The position numbers and the translations under genes were made by a program. This document shows, in pieces, positions 48,044 to 58,041 of a DNA stretch of 64,000 nt. A model generated the notes under the pieces. The model saw only the letters and a program-made list of their open reading frames with translations. It did no database searches and was not told the origin of the DNA. The DNA is from Rickettsiales bacterium. GTDB lineage: Bacteria; Pseudomonadota; Alphaproteobacteria; Rs-D84. The stretch covers positions 23,763-87,762 of the forward strand of contig JAITJD010000009.1 of NCBI GenBank assembly GCA_031279085.1, read 5' to 3'. Within the stretch, counting starts at the first letter, position 1. The number at the start of each line of letters is the position of its first letter.

Positions 48044-48259
48044 TCAAGGAACCGGATCATAGCCGTATTTTCCGCCCGGCCGGCATCGCATTATGCGTCT
48101 TATGCCCAGAAAGCACCCGCGCATAACGCCGTGCTTTTCAATCGCCTGCATGGTGTATTCGCTGCATGTCGGCACAAAGCGGCAGGCGGCGCGCCCGCCT
48201 GTGAAAGGGGACACCACCAGCTGGTAGAATCTTATTAAAAATAAAAAAACACTCTTCAT
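48044..48259 (-). CDS. yidD: Membrane protein insertion efficiency factor YidD
   Basis: 71 aa, conserved VSPFTGGRAACRFVPTCSEY core. There is a 4-nt overlap with rnpA. Confidence 0.85.
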   Translation of the reverse strand: MKSVFLFLIRFYQLVVSPFTGGRAACRFVPTCSEYTMQAIEKHGVMRGCFLGIRRIMRCRPGGKYGYDPVP

Positions 48260-48633
48260 GAATCGGTGTTTTTTTCGCCTTTGATATCGCGGGCCGGCAC
48301 GACGGCCGTTGCTTTTGTTTTCTTTAATGCGCGTTTCATCATGGCGGCGCCCTCGGTCAATGTAGCGTCCAAAATCGCCCGCCTTGCGATAAAAACATAA
48401 TCCAGATCAGGGTCGAGCAAAGTTTCATTCTTGCGCATCCAGACGCGCAGCAATCGCTTGGCGCGGTTTCTGTCGACAGCCGCGCGGAATGTTTTTTTTG
48501 TCGCTATCAGGCCGTATCGCGCATCGCCCGGGAAGATGGTCGGCCTTGTTCTTGCTATGAAGAAATGTGTTGCGACGGCGGGCTCTGTTTCGGATATTGC
48601 GAATTCCCAATGTTTTTTCAAAGTGTTTCTCAT
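48256..48633 (-). CDS. rnpA: Ribonuclease P protein component
   Basis: RNR motif region AVDRNRAKRLLRVWMR and a basic 125-aa protein followed by yidD. rpmH and yidC are not adjacent. Confidence 0.8.
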   Translation of the reverse strand: MRNTLKKHWEFAISETEPAVATHFFIARTRPTIFPGDARYGLIATKKTFRAAVDRNRAKRLLRVWMRKNETLLDPDLDYVFIARRAILDATLTEGAAMMKRALKKTKATAVVPARDIKGEKNTDS

Positions 48634-48748
48634 GGCCTTTATGATAGCCGGTTAAAGGCGGATAGTCAATAGCCGTTGATATTCGGATGTGATGTTTGCA
48701 AATTTTCCATCAATTTAGTCAAACCCCTTCTTGATTTTTCCAAGATAA

Positions 48749-49870
<1,122 letters not shown>

Positions 49871-49959
49871 AAATGCGGAGATGCTCGCATTTTTAAATAA
49901 AATTGTTCGGTTGCTTTTTTGCTTTCAGTCTTTTATTATTCTCCAAAAGGATTTTTATC

Positions 49960-50172
49960 ATGGAAAAAGATAATTCAAAAAGCCAGGCGCCGCTTTCTTT
50001 CGAGGAAGCTTACAGGCAGCTGACTGAAATCGTGAAAAAAATGGAATCCGGCGAGTTGCCTCTGGCGGATTCTGTCGCAGCATACGAGCAGGGCGTAAAG
50101 CTGAAAGCTTATTGCGAGCAATTGCTGAAAGAAGCCGAATTGAAGATCGAAACATTGAAAGTCAACGGATAA
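49960..50172 (+). CDS. xseB: Exodeoxyribonuclease VII small subunit
   Basis: LSFEEAYRQLTEIVKKMESGELPLADSVAAYEQGVKL matches the XseB helical hairpin. Start is placed at the ATG with SD aaaagga (ORF track start is 19 codons upstream). Confidence 0.75.
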   Translation: MEKDNSKSQAPLSFEEAYRQLTEIVKKMESGELPLADSVAAYEQGVKLKAYCEQLLKEAELKIETLKVNG

Positions 50173-50239
50173 AAGAACAAAAAGTATACCGTGTCATTGC
50201 ATTCCTTTATATTTCCGTCCTTTTGTCTTTTTTTTTTAA

Positions 50240-52789
50240 GTGAGCGAAATGAGTGAGAAATTAACCCCAGTCATGCAGCAGTATGTTGATATGAAAGCTG
50301 AAAACCCCGATGCGGTTTTAATGTTTCGGCTGGGCGACTTTTACGAAATATTTTTTGAGGACGCCAGGACTGTAAGCAAGGTTTTAGGGCTTGTCCTTAC
50401 GCAGCGCGGAACCGATTCTGACGGCAGCGATATTCCTATGTGCGGAATACCATGGCACGCGGCGGACAATTACTTTGGCCGTTTGGTTCGCGCCGGATTC
50501 AAAATCGCCCTGGTAGAGCAGATGGAAACGCCGGCGGAGGCAAAAGCCAAAGGCCGCAAGTTTATTGAAAGACAAGTCATTCGCGTGCTGACGCCCGGAA
50601 CTTTGACGGATGAAAATCTTTTAAGCCCGAAAAGCTCCAACTTTCTGGTTGCGGTTATGGAAAAGAAAACTTGCGCTGGCGACATTGTTTTCGATATTGC
50701 CGGCTGCGATATTTCAACCGGTGAATTCTTCATCGGCGAATCTTCGACTATTTCCGACGACATGACGCTGGTTCGTCCGGCAGAAATAATCTATCCCTTG
50801 GCGGCGGCCGAAACCAAAGAAATCATGCGGCTGCGCGATGCCTTCAAAACAAGCCCGGTTTATGAAAAGCTGTATTGCCGCGCCGATATTGACCATATAG
50901 TGTCGCGGATTTTCGGGCACAGTTTTGATAAAGTCGAGCCGAACCATGACCTTTCTGACAGCGGGCCGAATGCCGTCATGCTGCTGGCGGGATATTTGTT
51001 CAACACTCAGAAAGATGCCGGCATAGTGTTTCGCGCGCCTTACAATTTTAAATCCGGGCGGCAATTGCTGATAGATTCGGCGACTTGGAAAAGCTTGGAA
51101 ATTGACAGCGGCATGAATGACGGCGGCAAGTGTCTGACGGATATACTGGATAAAACAAGAACTGCGGCCGGCGCGCGCCGATTGCGTTCGTATCTGCGCG
51201 CTTTGTCGGGCGATATTGCGGAAATACATCGCCGGCAGGGGCATATAAGCCACCTGTTGTCAAATCGCGATGTCATGGGCGCGCTGTCGGGAACCTTGTC
51301 GCGAATACCTGATGTAGGGCGCAGTTTATCGCGCCTGTTATCCGGACGCGGGAATCCGCGCGATATGCGCTATGTGTCCGATTTTATCGCAATACTGCCG
51401 GATGCGAAGTCAGATGGCGCGCGGCTGGATTCCGATTTGGCCGCAAAGTTTGCAAATACTGATACTCATGATATTCTCGCTCGGGAATTGAAATTGGCAT
51501 TAAGCGACGAGCTGCCGACTTTTTTCCGAGACGGCGGCCTGATCCGCAAAGGTTTTGATATCAGCCTGGATAATATGAAGGAATTGGCCAACGGCGCGAA
51601 AAAGACAATCGCCGCCCTGCAAGCCGAATATGCGAACGCGACCGGCGTCAGTGCGTTGAAAATCAAATACAACAATATCTTGGGATATTTTATAGAAGTC
51701 CCCAGCCAGCGTGCGGATTTCCTGATGAAGCCTGAAAACGGTTTCATACACCGCCAGACAATGGCCGGCAATATGCGATTTACGACGACGCGCCTTGTAG
51801 AACTGGACAACGAAGTCCGCAGCGCTGCCGAAAAAGCGGCCGGAATAGAAGCCGAGATAATATCTGCGCTTATAGAAAAAATCCGCGATGCGTCCCAAGA
51901 TTTGCTGAATGCCGCAGAATTGATAGCAGATTGTGATGTATGGTGCGCGCTGGCGGATGCTGCGTTGGAATATTCTTGGACCAGGCCGGATATAACGGAC
52001 GATATGTCGTTTGAGATACATGGCGGCCGGCATCCGGTTATTGAATCCGTGCTGCGCGATGCGGGCGACAGATTCATTACCAATGACTGTGTTTTGGATA
52101 ATAAAGCCGTCGCGCTGCTGACAGGGCCGAATATGGCCGGCAAATCCACCTATCTTCGTCAAAACGCTCTGATAGTCGTATTGTCGCATCTGGGGTCTTT
52201 TGTTCCGGCGTCAAAAGCAAGAATAGGAATTTGCGACCAGTTGTTCAGCAGGGTCGGCGCGTCTGATAATCTGGCCGCCGGCCAGTCGACATTTATGGTT
52301 GAAATGGTTGAAACCGCAAATATATTAAACCGCGCGACGCGCAGGTCTTTTATAATTTTTGACGAAATAGGGCGGGGAACGGCGACTTATGACGGAATGG
52401 CTATCGCGCAGTCGGTGCTGGAATTCCTGAATAACATGAAGTCGCGGACTCTTTTTGCGACGCACTATCATGAATTGACCGCTCTTGCCGGTGATAGGGC
52501 CGGCCAGCTGGATGGGGTTCAATGCCTGACCATAGATGTCCGCGAGCATAATAACGACATAATCTTCATGCATAAAATAATTCCGGGCGTCGCAAGCAGG
52601 TCGTATGGAATACATGTCGCGCAGATGGCCGGAATTCCTCAATCAGCGGTTGTGCGGGCAAGGGAAATCTTGAATGACTTGGAAAACAAATCCCCGCCGC
52701 CGGCAAAGGCGGAGCCTGAGATTAAAATAGATAAAAACAAAACGCAAAACTCCGGCGCAAAAGCGCAGCTTTCGTTATTTGGAGAATAA
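50240..52789 (+). CDS. mutS: DNA mismatch repair protein MutS
   Basis: N-terminal mismatch-binding domain (TPVMQQYVDMKAENPDAVLMFRLGDFYE), Walker A GPNMAGKSTYLRQ, HTH-like C-terminus, 849 aa. Confidence 0.93.
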   Translation: MSEMSEKLTPVMQQYVDMKAENPDAVLMFRLGDFYEIFFEDARTVSKVLGLVLTQRGTDSDGSDIPMCGIPWHAADNYFGRLVRAGFKIALVEQMETPAEAKAKGRKFIERQVIRVLTPGTLTDENLLSPKSSNFLVAVMEKKTCAGDIVFDIAGCDISTGEFFIGESSTISDDMTLVRPAEIIYPLAAAETKEIMRLRDAFKTSPVYEKLYCRADIDHIVSRIFGHSFDKVEPNHDLSDSGPNAVMLLAGYLFNTQKDAGIVFRAPYNFKSGRQLLIDSATWKSLEIDSGMNDGGKCLTDILDKTRTAAGARRLRSYLRALSGDIAEIHRRQGHISHLLSNRDVMGALSGTLSRIPDVGRSLSRLLSGRGNPRDMRYVSDFIAILPDAKSDGARLDSDLAAKFANTDTHDILARELKLALSDELPTFFRDGGLIRKGFDISLDNMKELANGAKKTIAALQAEYANATGVSALKIKYNNILGYFIEVPSQRADFLMKPENGFIHRQTMAGNMRFTTTRLVELDNEVRSAAEKAAGIEAEIISALIEKIRDASQDLLNAAELIADCDVWCALADAALEYSWTRPDITDDMSFEIHGGRHPVIESVLRDAGDRFITNDCVLDNKAVALLTGPNMAGKSTYLRQNALIVVLSHLGSFVPASKARIGICDQLFSRVGASDNLAAGQSTFMVEMVETANILNRATRRSFIIFDEIGRGTATYDGMAIAQSVLEFLNNMKSRTLFATHYHELTALAGDRAGQLDGVQCLTIDVREHNNDIIFMHKIIPGVASRSYGIHVAQMAGIPQSAVVRAREILNDLENKSPPPAKAEPEIKIDKNKTQNSGAKAQLSLFGE

Positions 52790-52816
52790 AGCAAAGGCGG
52801 GGCGGGACAGTTTCTT

Positions 52817-53743
52817 ATGGATGGATGGATAATCTTGGACAAACCCAAAGGAATGACCAGCCGCGCGGCCGGCGCTAGACTGGCGCGCATGTTCGGCATG
52901 AAGAAATTCGGCCATCTTGGCACATTGGATCCGATGGCGTCCGGAGTTTTGCCAATCGCGCTGGGGAATGCCACCAAGATGATTTCATATCTTGATGATT
53001 TGTGGGCTCGGCCGCATTTTGATGAATTCGGCCGGCAAACCGGCGCCAAAGAGTATGCGTTTGGTATTCAGTGGGGATTTGAAACGGACACTTTGGATAT
53101 AACCGGAGAAATTACAAAGCAAGACGGGCGTCTGCCGGAATATAAAAAAGTGGACGCTATATGTAATGATTATGCCGGTGAAATAGAGCAGACGCCGCCC
53201 GCATATTCCGCCGTGCATGTCGGCGGCCGTCGCGCGTATGAGCTGGCGCGCGCAGGTTTGGATGTCAAGATAAGCCCCAGAAAAATCGTGATTTACAATC
53301 TGGTTCTGGGGCAATCGGATTCATTGGATAAAACGAAAGGCAGCGCGTTCTTGGTTGATTGTTCAGCCGGGACTTATGTTCGGTCGCTGGCGCGCGATAT
53401 CGGCCGTCTGGCCGGCGGATATCTGGCGACTGTCGATATGATTTGCCGGATGCGGACGCACGGGTTTGATATAAAAGATGCGGTATCGCTTGATTTATTG
53501 GAAAATATGTATAACAATAACCCAAAGTCGGTTCAGGAATATCTGAAACCGATAGATTTCGGACTGGACGACATTCTGGTCGCGGAATTGCAGGGCGATG
53601 ACGCGGCGCTGTTTCAAAACGGCGGCATTGTCGCGACACAAGACGATTCCATCGGATTGCGGCGCGTTTATTGTTATGGCCGGCTTATAGGCGTGGGTCT
53701 GAACGATAATTGCGCGCTGATGCCGAAACGGGTGATAAAATAA
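52817..53743 (+). CDS. truB: tRNA pseudouridine(55) synthase TruB
   Basis: Catalytic motif GHLGTLDPMASGVLPI, 308 aa, upstream of rpsO-pnp as in the conserved operon. Confidence 0.9.
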   Translation: MDGWIILDKPKGMTSRAAGARLARMFGMKKFGHLGTLDPMASGVLPIALGNATKMISYLDDLWARPHFDEFGRQTGAKEYAFGIQWGFETDTLDITGEITKQDGRLPEYKKVDAICNDYAGEIEQTPPAYSAVHVGGRRAYELARAGLDVKISPRKIVIYNLVLGQSDSLDKTKGSAFLVDCSAGTYVRSLARDIGRLAGGYLATVDMICRMRTHGFDIKDAVSLDLLENMYNNNPKSVQEYLKPIDFGLDDILVAELQGDDAALFQNGGIVATQDDSIGLRRVYCYGRLIGVGLNDNCALMPKRVIK

Positions 53744-53755
53744 AAGGAAAACATA

Positions 53756-54028
53756 ATGTCGATTGCAAAAGCAAAAAAAACAGAACTTATAAAAGACTAT
53801 AAAACATCTGATTCTGATAATGGGGGCTCGGCGGCTTCTCAGGTTGCCGTTCTGACGGAACGTATCCGTAATCTGACTGAGCATATGAAGGCGAATCAAA
53901 AAGACAATCATTCAAAGCGCGGATTGCTGCTGATGGTCAATCGCCGCAAGAAACTGCTGGCATACATCAAAAAACGCAGTGTAGCCGAATACGAAGAATT
54001 GATAAAAAAGCTTGGATTAAGAAAATAA
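53756..54028 (+). CDS. rpsO: 30S ribosomal protein S15
   Basis: [40 protein letters not shown], 90 aa. Confidence 0.9.
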   Translation: MSIAKAKKTELIKDYKTSDSDNGGSAASQVAVLTERIRNLTEHMKANQKDNHSKRGLLLMVNRRKKLLAYIKKRSVAEYEELIKKLGLRK

Positions 54029-54052
54029 AACCGCGCCTTTGGCGCGTTTTTA
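54027..54052 (+). terminator. Rho-independent terminator after rpsO
   Basis: aaaa-ccgcgcc-tttg-ggcgcg-ttttt. Confidence 0.6.
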
Positions 54053-54110
54053 TTGTTTTGCGAAATCTTCCGGCATTGCAAAAAATTATGTTTGCTGTGC
54101 AAATTGGCAT

Positions 54111-54138
54111 TTGCAAATTGGATTTAATCGGTTATAAT
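54111..54138 (+). promoter_or_regulatory. Candidate sigma70-type promoter for pnp
   Basis: TTGCAA (54111-54116), a 16-nt spacer, then TATAAT (54133-54138). Confidence 0.4.
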
Positions 54139-54146
54139 TGACCGAT

Positions 54147-54209
54147 CAGGAGAGAAAGATTATTCATTTTTATTTGTTTATGACTATAAGAATGAATAAT
54201 TTTCTCCTG
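54147..54209 (+). promoter_or_regulatory. Long imperfect hairpin in the pnp 5-prime leader (candidate RNase III autoregulatory site)
   Basis: caggagagaaagattattcatt ... aatgaataattttctcctg: about 20 bp of complementarity between the candidate promoter and the pnp start codon at 54251. Confidence 0.4.
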
Positions 54210-54250
54210 TGATAAAACTAACAAAAGTAAAATTAAAATGGAGAAAATAA

Positions 54251-56419
54251 ATGTTATTCGGTTTATTTAACAAAGATGCTAAAACGGCATTGAACAACCC
54301 GGTTGCAGTCGAATTGCAGTACGGCGATGAAACATTGCGCTTGGAAACCGGCCGCTTTGCGAAACAGGCGAACGGTTCCATAATGGCGACAATGGGCGGC
54401 ACGATGGTTCTGGCGACCGTATGCGCGGAAAAAACAGCGGTCGAAGGGCAGGATTTTTTTCCGCTGACCGTCGATTATCAAGAGAAATTCGCGTCCGCGG
54501 GACGCATTCCTGGTTCGCGCGATCGCCGCGAAGGCAAATCCAGCACGGCCGAGACATTGACCGCGCGCTTGATTGATCGTCCGATTCGCCCGCTGTTTCC
54601 GGAAAACTTTAAAAATAAAGTGCAGATCGTCGCGCAGGTGTTCTCGTACGATAAAAAGAATCAGCCGGACGTTCTGGCCATGATTGCCTCGTCCGCGGCG
54701 CTGGCATTGTCCGGCGTTCCCTTTAACGGGCCGATAGGCGCCGCCCGCGTCGGATATGTCAATGGGCAATATCTGCTGAACCCTTCGCGCAAGGCCGCGG
54801 AAGAATCCGAGATGGATCTGATTGTAGCCGCGACCAAAGACGGGGTTCTGATGGTGGAATCAGAAATTGGCGAATTGGATGAAAAAACAACTCTGGGCGC
54901 CGTGAAATTCGGATTTGATGCGCAGCAGGCCGTGATTAATGCAATCAGCGAGCTGGCCGAAAAAGCCGGCAAGCCGACATGGGCCGCGCCAGAGCATTCC
55001 GCCGAATATATCGCCATGCAAAAGGATTTCGAACAGTTCGCCGGCGAGATTGAATCAGCGCTTGGAATCAAGGAAAAGCTGGATCGCCTGGATACTTTGT
55101 CCGCGATTCAAGACAAAGCCAAGGCGCGCGTTGCAGAGTTGTTCCCGACCAGCGAAACCGCCGCAGCAACCTTGCAGTCATGGCGCTTTGAAGTTATTGA
55201 GTCCATTGTATCGCGAATCATGCGCGGAAGCATATTGGCGGGCAATCCGCGCATTGACGGCCGCGACAACAATACGGTTCGCCCGATTGAGATTGAGCTG
55301 GGCGTTCTGCCGCGCGCGCATGGTTCCGCATTGTTCACCCGCGGCGAAACGCAGGCTTTGGTCAGCGTCACGTTGGGCGGAGGCAAAGATGCCTTGCCGA
55401 TTGAATCAATGGACGGCGCGAACGAAATGGATTTCTTTCTGAACTATAATTTCCCGGGTTATTCGGTGGGCGAGGCGAAAATGCTGCGCGCGCCCGGACG
55501 CCGCGAAATCGGCCACGGGAATCTGGCGTACCGCGCGCTGAACCCGATGATGCCGTCGCGCGATGATTTTGATTATGTAATACGCATTGTGTCCGATATT
55601 CTGGAATCCAACGGCTCTTCGTCCATGGCGACGACCTGTGGCGGATGTCTGGCCATGATGGACGGCGGCGTGCCCATTAAGCGCCCGGTCGCCGGAATCG
55701 CAATGGGATTAATCAAAGAAGGAAACGATTATGCCGTCTTGACCGACATCCTGGGCGACGAAGACCATCTTGGCGACATGGATTTTAAAGTGACTGGAAC
55801 AGATCGCGGTATCACGGCCCTGCAAATGGATATAAAAATCACATCGATTACTTTTGAAATCATGGAAAAAGCGCTGGCTCAGGCCAAAGACGGCCGCCTG
55901 CACATCTTGGGCAAAATGGAGAAAGCCATCAAGACGCCGCGCAATGCCGTTTCTGAATTTGCGCCGCAGAGCTATTCCATAAAAATCAATCCGGACAAGG
56001 TTCGCGAAGTCATCGGAAAAGGCGGCAATGTTATCCAGGCTTTGACGCGCGAAACCAATACTCAGATTGATTTGGCGGATGACGGAACGATCAAAATCTT
56101 GGCCGCCGCCAAGGAAGATGCCGACGAAGCGATTCGCCGCATCAAGGAAATTGTTGCGGAGCCCGAGGTCGGCCAGGTTTACGAAGGGGTCGTCAGCGGC
56201 ATCAAAGATTTCGGATTGTTTGTGAAAATTATGAACGGCTTTGAGGCTTTGGTTCATATTTCAGAAATCACCGGCCAGCGCATTGCAAAAATCGAGGACG
56301 CCAAATTAAAGGAAGGCGACAAAGTATTTGTAAAATACATGGGCGCCGACAAACGCGGCAAAACCCGCATGAGCATGGTGGGGATAAACCAGAAAACCGG
56401 CGAAGAAGAAAAGAAATAA
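54251..56419 (+). CDS. pnp: Polyribonucleotide nucleotidyltransferase (PNPase)
   Basis: Two RNase PH domains, a KH domain (IKINPDKVREVIGKGG) and a C-terminal S1 domain (GQVYEGVVSGIKDFGLFVKI), 722 aa. Confidence 0.95.
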   Translation: MLFGLFNKDAKTALNNPVAVELQYGDETLRLETGRFAKQANGSIMATMGGTMVLATVCAEKTAVEGQDFFPLTVDYQEKFASAGRIPGSRDRREGKSSTAETLTARLIDRPIRPLFPENFKNKVQIVAQVFSYDKKNQPDVLAMIASSAALALSGVPFNGPIGAARVGYVNGQYLLNPSRKAAEESEMDLIVAATKDGVLMVESEIGELDEKTTLGAVKFGFDAQQAVINAISELAEKAGKPTWAAPEHSAEYIAMQKDFEQFAGEIESALGIKEKLDRLDTLSAIQDKAKARVAELFPTSETAAATLQSWRFEVIESIVSRIMRGSILAGNPRIDGRDNNTVRPIEIELGVLPRAHGSALFTRGETQALVSVTLGGGKDALPIESMDGANEMDFFLNYNFPGYSVGEAKMLRAPGRREIGHGNLAYRALNPMMPSRDDFDYVIRIVSDILESNGSSSMATTCGGCLAMMDGGVPIKRPVAGIAMGLIKEGNDYAVLTDILGDEDHLGDMDFKVTGTDRGITALQMDIKITSITFEIMEKALAQAKDGRLHILGKMEKAIKTPRNAVSEFAPQSYSIKINPDKVREVIGKGGNVIQALTRETNTQIDLADDGTIKILAAAKEDADEAIRRIKEIVAEPEVGQVYEGVVSGIKDFGLFVKIMNGFEALVHISEITGQRIAKIEDAKLKEGDKVFVKYMGADKRGKTRMSMVGINQKTGEEEKK

Positions 56420-56456
56420 TATAAAGAATTTATTTTAATTTCAACCCTATTGCCAA

Positions 56457-56768
56457 ATGGAGAAAAAAATGGAAATGAACGAACTTATGGCGCAGGCAAA
56501 GCAGCTTCAAGACAAAGTCGCGGCGGCCCAGGAACAGCTGGCCGCGACCGTTGTAAAAGGAATCGCCGGAAACGGCGCCTGCATTGTCGAAATGTCGGGG
56601 AAATATGATCTGATAAAGCTGATAATCAGTCCGGATTTGCTGAAACAAGATCTGGCGGTGATAACGAGCACGATTTCCGATGCCTTTAAGGACGCCAAAG
56701 TCAAAGCGGACATGATTATAGACAAGGTTATGGGTGAAGCGACGGCCGGCATGCCGATGCCTGAATAG
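56457..56768 (+). CDS. ybaB: Nucleoid-associated protein YbaB/EbfC
   Basis: MNELMAQAKQLQDKV...GIAGNGACIVEMSGKYDL is a YbaB-family pattern, 103 aa. Confidence 0.8.
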   Translation: MEKKMEMNELMAQAKQLQDKVAAAQEQLAATVVKGIAGNGACIVEMSGKYDLIKLIISPDLLKQDLAVITSTISDAFKDAKVKADMIIDKVMGEATAGMPMPE

Positions 56769-56772
56769 TTTA

Positions 56773-56801
56773 TTCAAGATTTGCAAATCTTGAATATTTT
56801 T
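56773..56801 (+). terminator. Rho-independent terminator after ybaB
   Basis: ttcaagattt-gc-aaatcttgaa followed by tattttt. Confidence 0.6.
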
Positions 56802-56878
56802 GGATGTTTAGCTCAGCTGGCCAGAGCGTCTCGTTTACACCGAGAGGGTCGGGGGTTCGAATCCCTCAACATCCACCA
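56802..56878 (+). tRNA. tRNA-Val (anticodon TAC)
   Basis: GGATGTTTAGCTCAGCTGGCCAGAGCGTCTCGTTTACACCGAGAGGGTCGGGGGTTCGAATCCCTCAACATCCACCA folds as a cloverleaf with anticodon loop TTTACAC. CCA is encoded. Confidence 0.85.
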
Positions 56879-56936
56879 AGTTAAATTTGGGGTTTGTTAG
56901 CGGAATTGCAGGTCAGTTTCGCTTGGTTATAGTTTC

Positions 56937-57012
56937 GGATGGTTAGCTCAGCTGGTAGAGCACATCGTTCACATCGATGGGGTCGTTGGTTCGAGTCCAA
57001 TACCATCCACCA
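56937..57012 (+). tRNA. tRNA-Val (anticodon CAC)
   Basis: GGATGGTTAGCTCAGCTGGTAGAGCACATCGTTCACATCGATGGGGTCGTTGGTTCGAGTCCAATACCATCCACCA with anticodon loop TTCACAT. CCA is encoded. Confidence 0.85.
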
Positions 57013-57017
57013 AAAAT

Positions 57018-57042
57018 CAAACCGCCGTTGCGGCGGTTTTTA
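57018..57042 (+). terminator. Rho-independent terminator after the tandem tRNA-Val pair
   Basis: accgccg-ttg-cggcggt followed by T5. Confidence 0.6.
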
Positions 57043-57086
57043 TATAAGAATTCGCCGACAATCAGCCGGTTTGACGCGCTCTCGTT

Positions 57087-57869
57087 TTATTTCAAATGAT
57101 TTGTTTTCAGCCATTTCAGGGTTTGGGTTATATAATCACTGGCGCGGTCTGCATCGAATCTGCGCGTGCCGGGCGTCATCAGCTTGCCTTCGGCATCGAT
57201 CCATGTTTCATAATCTTTCGGAACGACTTTTGCAATTTTATCCAAATTTTGCGCGATATTTTCGCCGCACAGCCCGCCGGCATATCCCTGGGGGTGGTTT
57301 TTATATGCCGGCCGCGTCCAGTTCCCAGGCGTTATCCCCGCCCCATAGGATGCGTCAAACAGCAACGAAAATTCCGCTCCGCTTCGGTTTAGTTTTGAAA
57401 TCGCGCCCGTTTCGAATTGCTTTTTGGCATTATAAGGAAATATGAATTCACGTCTTGGATTATTTGAAATAATCCGCGAAAGCTTGGATGCGTCAAATCC
57501 GGCCGTTCCGTCGCCTATATTCAGCTGCCATCTTTTAATGACCGGCTGGCCCGTGTTTTTATGCGTCATATAAAACCAGTCCAGCAATTCCGGCGCTAAT
57601 TCCCCATGACAAAAGTCCGAGCACCATTGGTAATTGACATGAATCGCGATGTTTAGCGGCTTTGGCGCGGCCGCTGATATGTTCAGCAATTCGTTGAACC
57701 AAACATTTCTGGGCATATTATAGCTCATTGCAAATGAGTGCGCCTGAATCCCCAGCTCGACTTTCTCCGATATGTTCAGTAATTCCATGACTTTTTCAAT
57801 CGGGACATCTTCGCGCATATCAGAACAAGTAATATATCGTATATTCATCACAGCTCCTGTTGGTTGCAC
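57087..57869 (-). CDS. Hypothetical TIM-barrel protein with a phosphoribosylanthranilate isomerase (TrpF)-like C-terminal pattern
   Basis: 260 aa. The C-terminal region LLFDASYGAGITPGNW...YAGGLCGENIAQ...IDAEGKLMTPG resembles the TrpF DxGGSGxxFDW...AGGL...D.E.G pattern. No other trp genes are present in the window. Confidence 0.35.
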   Translation of the reverse strand: MQPTGAVMNIRYITCSDMREDVPIEKVMELLNISEKVELGIQAHSFAMSYNMPRNVWFNELLNISAAAPKPLNIAIHVNYQWCSDFCHGELAPELLDWFYMTHKNTGQPVIKRWQLNIGDGTAGFDASKLSRIISNNPRREFIFPYNAKKQFETGAISKLNRSGAEFSLLFDASYGAGITPGNWTRPAYKNHPQGYAGGLCGENIAQNLDKIAKVVPKDYETWIDAEGKLMTPGTRRFDADRASDYITQTLKWLKTNHLK

Positions 57870-58041
57870 ATTCCCTATATATAAAAGGCTAGGCTATAAA
57901 ATCTGCGGAATCAAGAAATTATTTCGCATGATTAAATATTTTAAAATTGACAAAAATCGTCTTGTATTTATAGAAAACGAGCAGTACAATCGAAAAATAA
58001 CAGGGAGAGCGAGAAAATATGTAATTATAAAAGGTTCTAAT

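Noticed and set aside
57772-58041. 90-aa N-terminal extension of the ThyX-like ORF
   Set aside because: It would overlap the 3-prime end of the convergently or divergently placed 57087-57869 gene by about 100 nt. The extension is low-complexity, and the ThyX core begins at the internal MSVNVKLIAETN.
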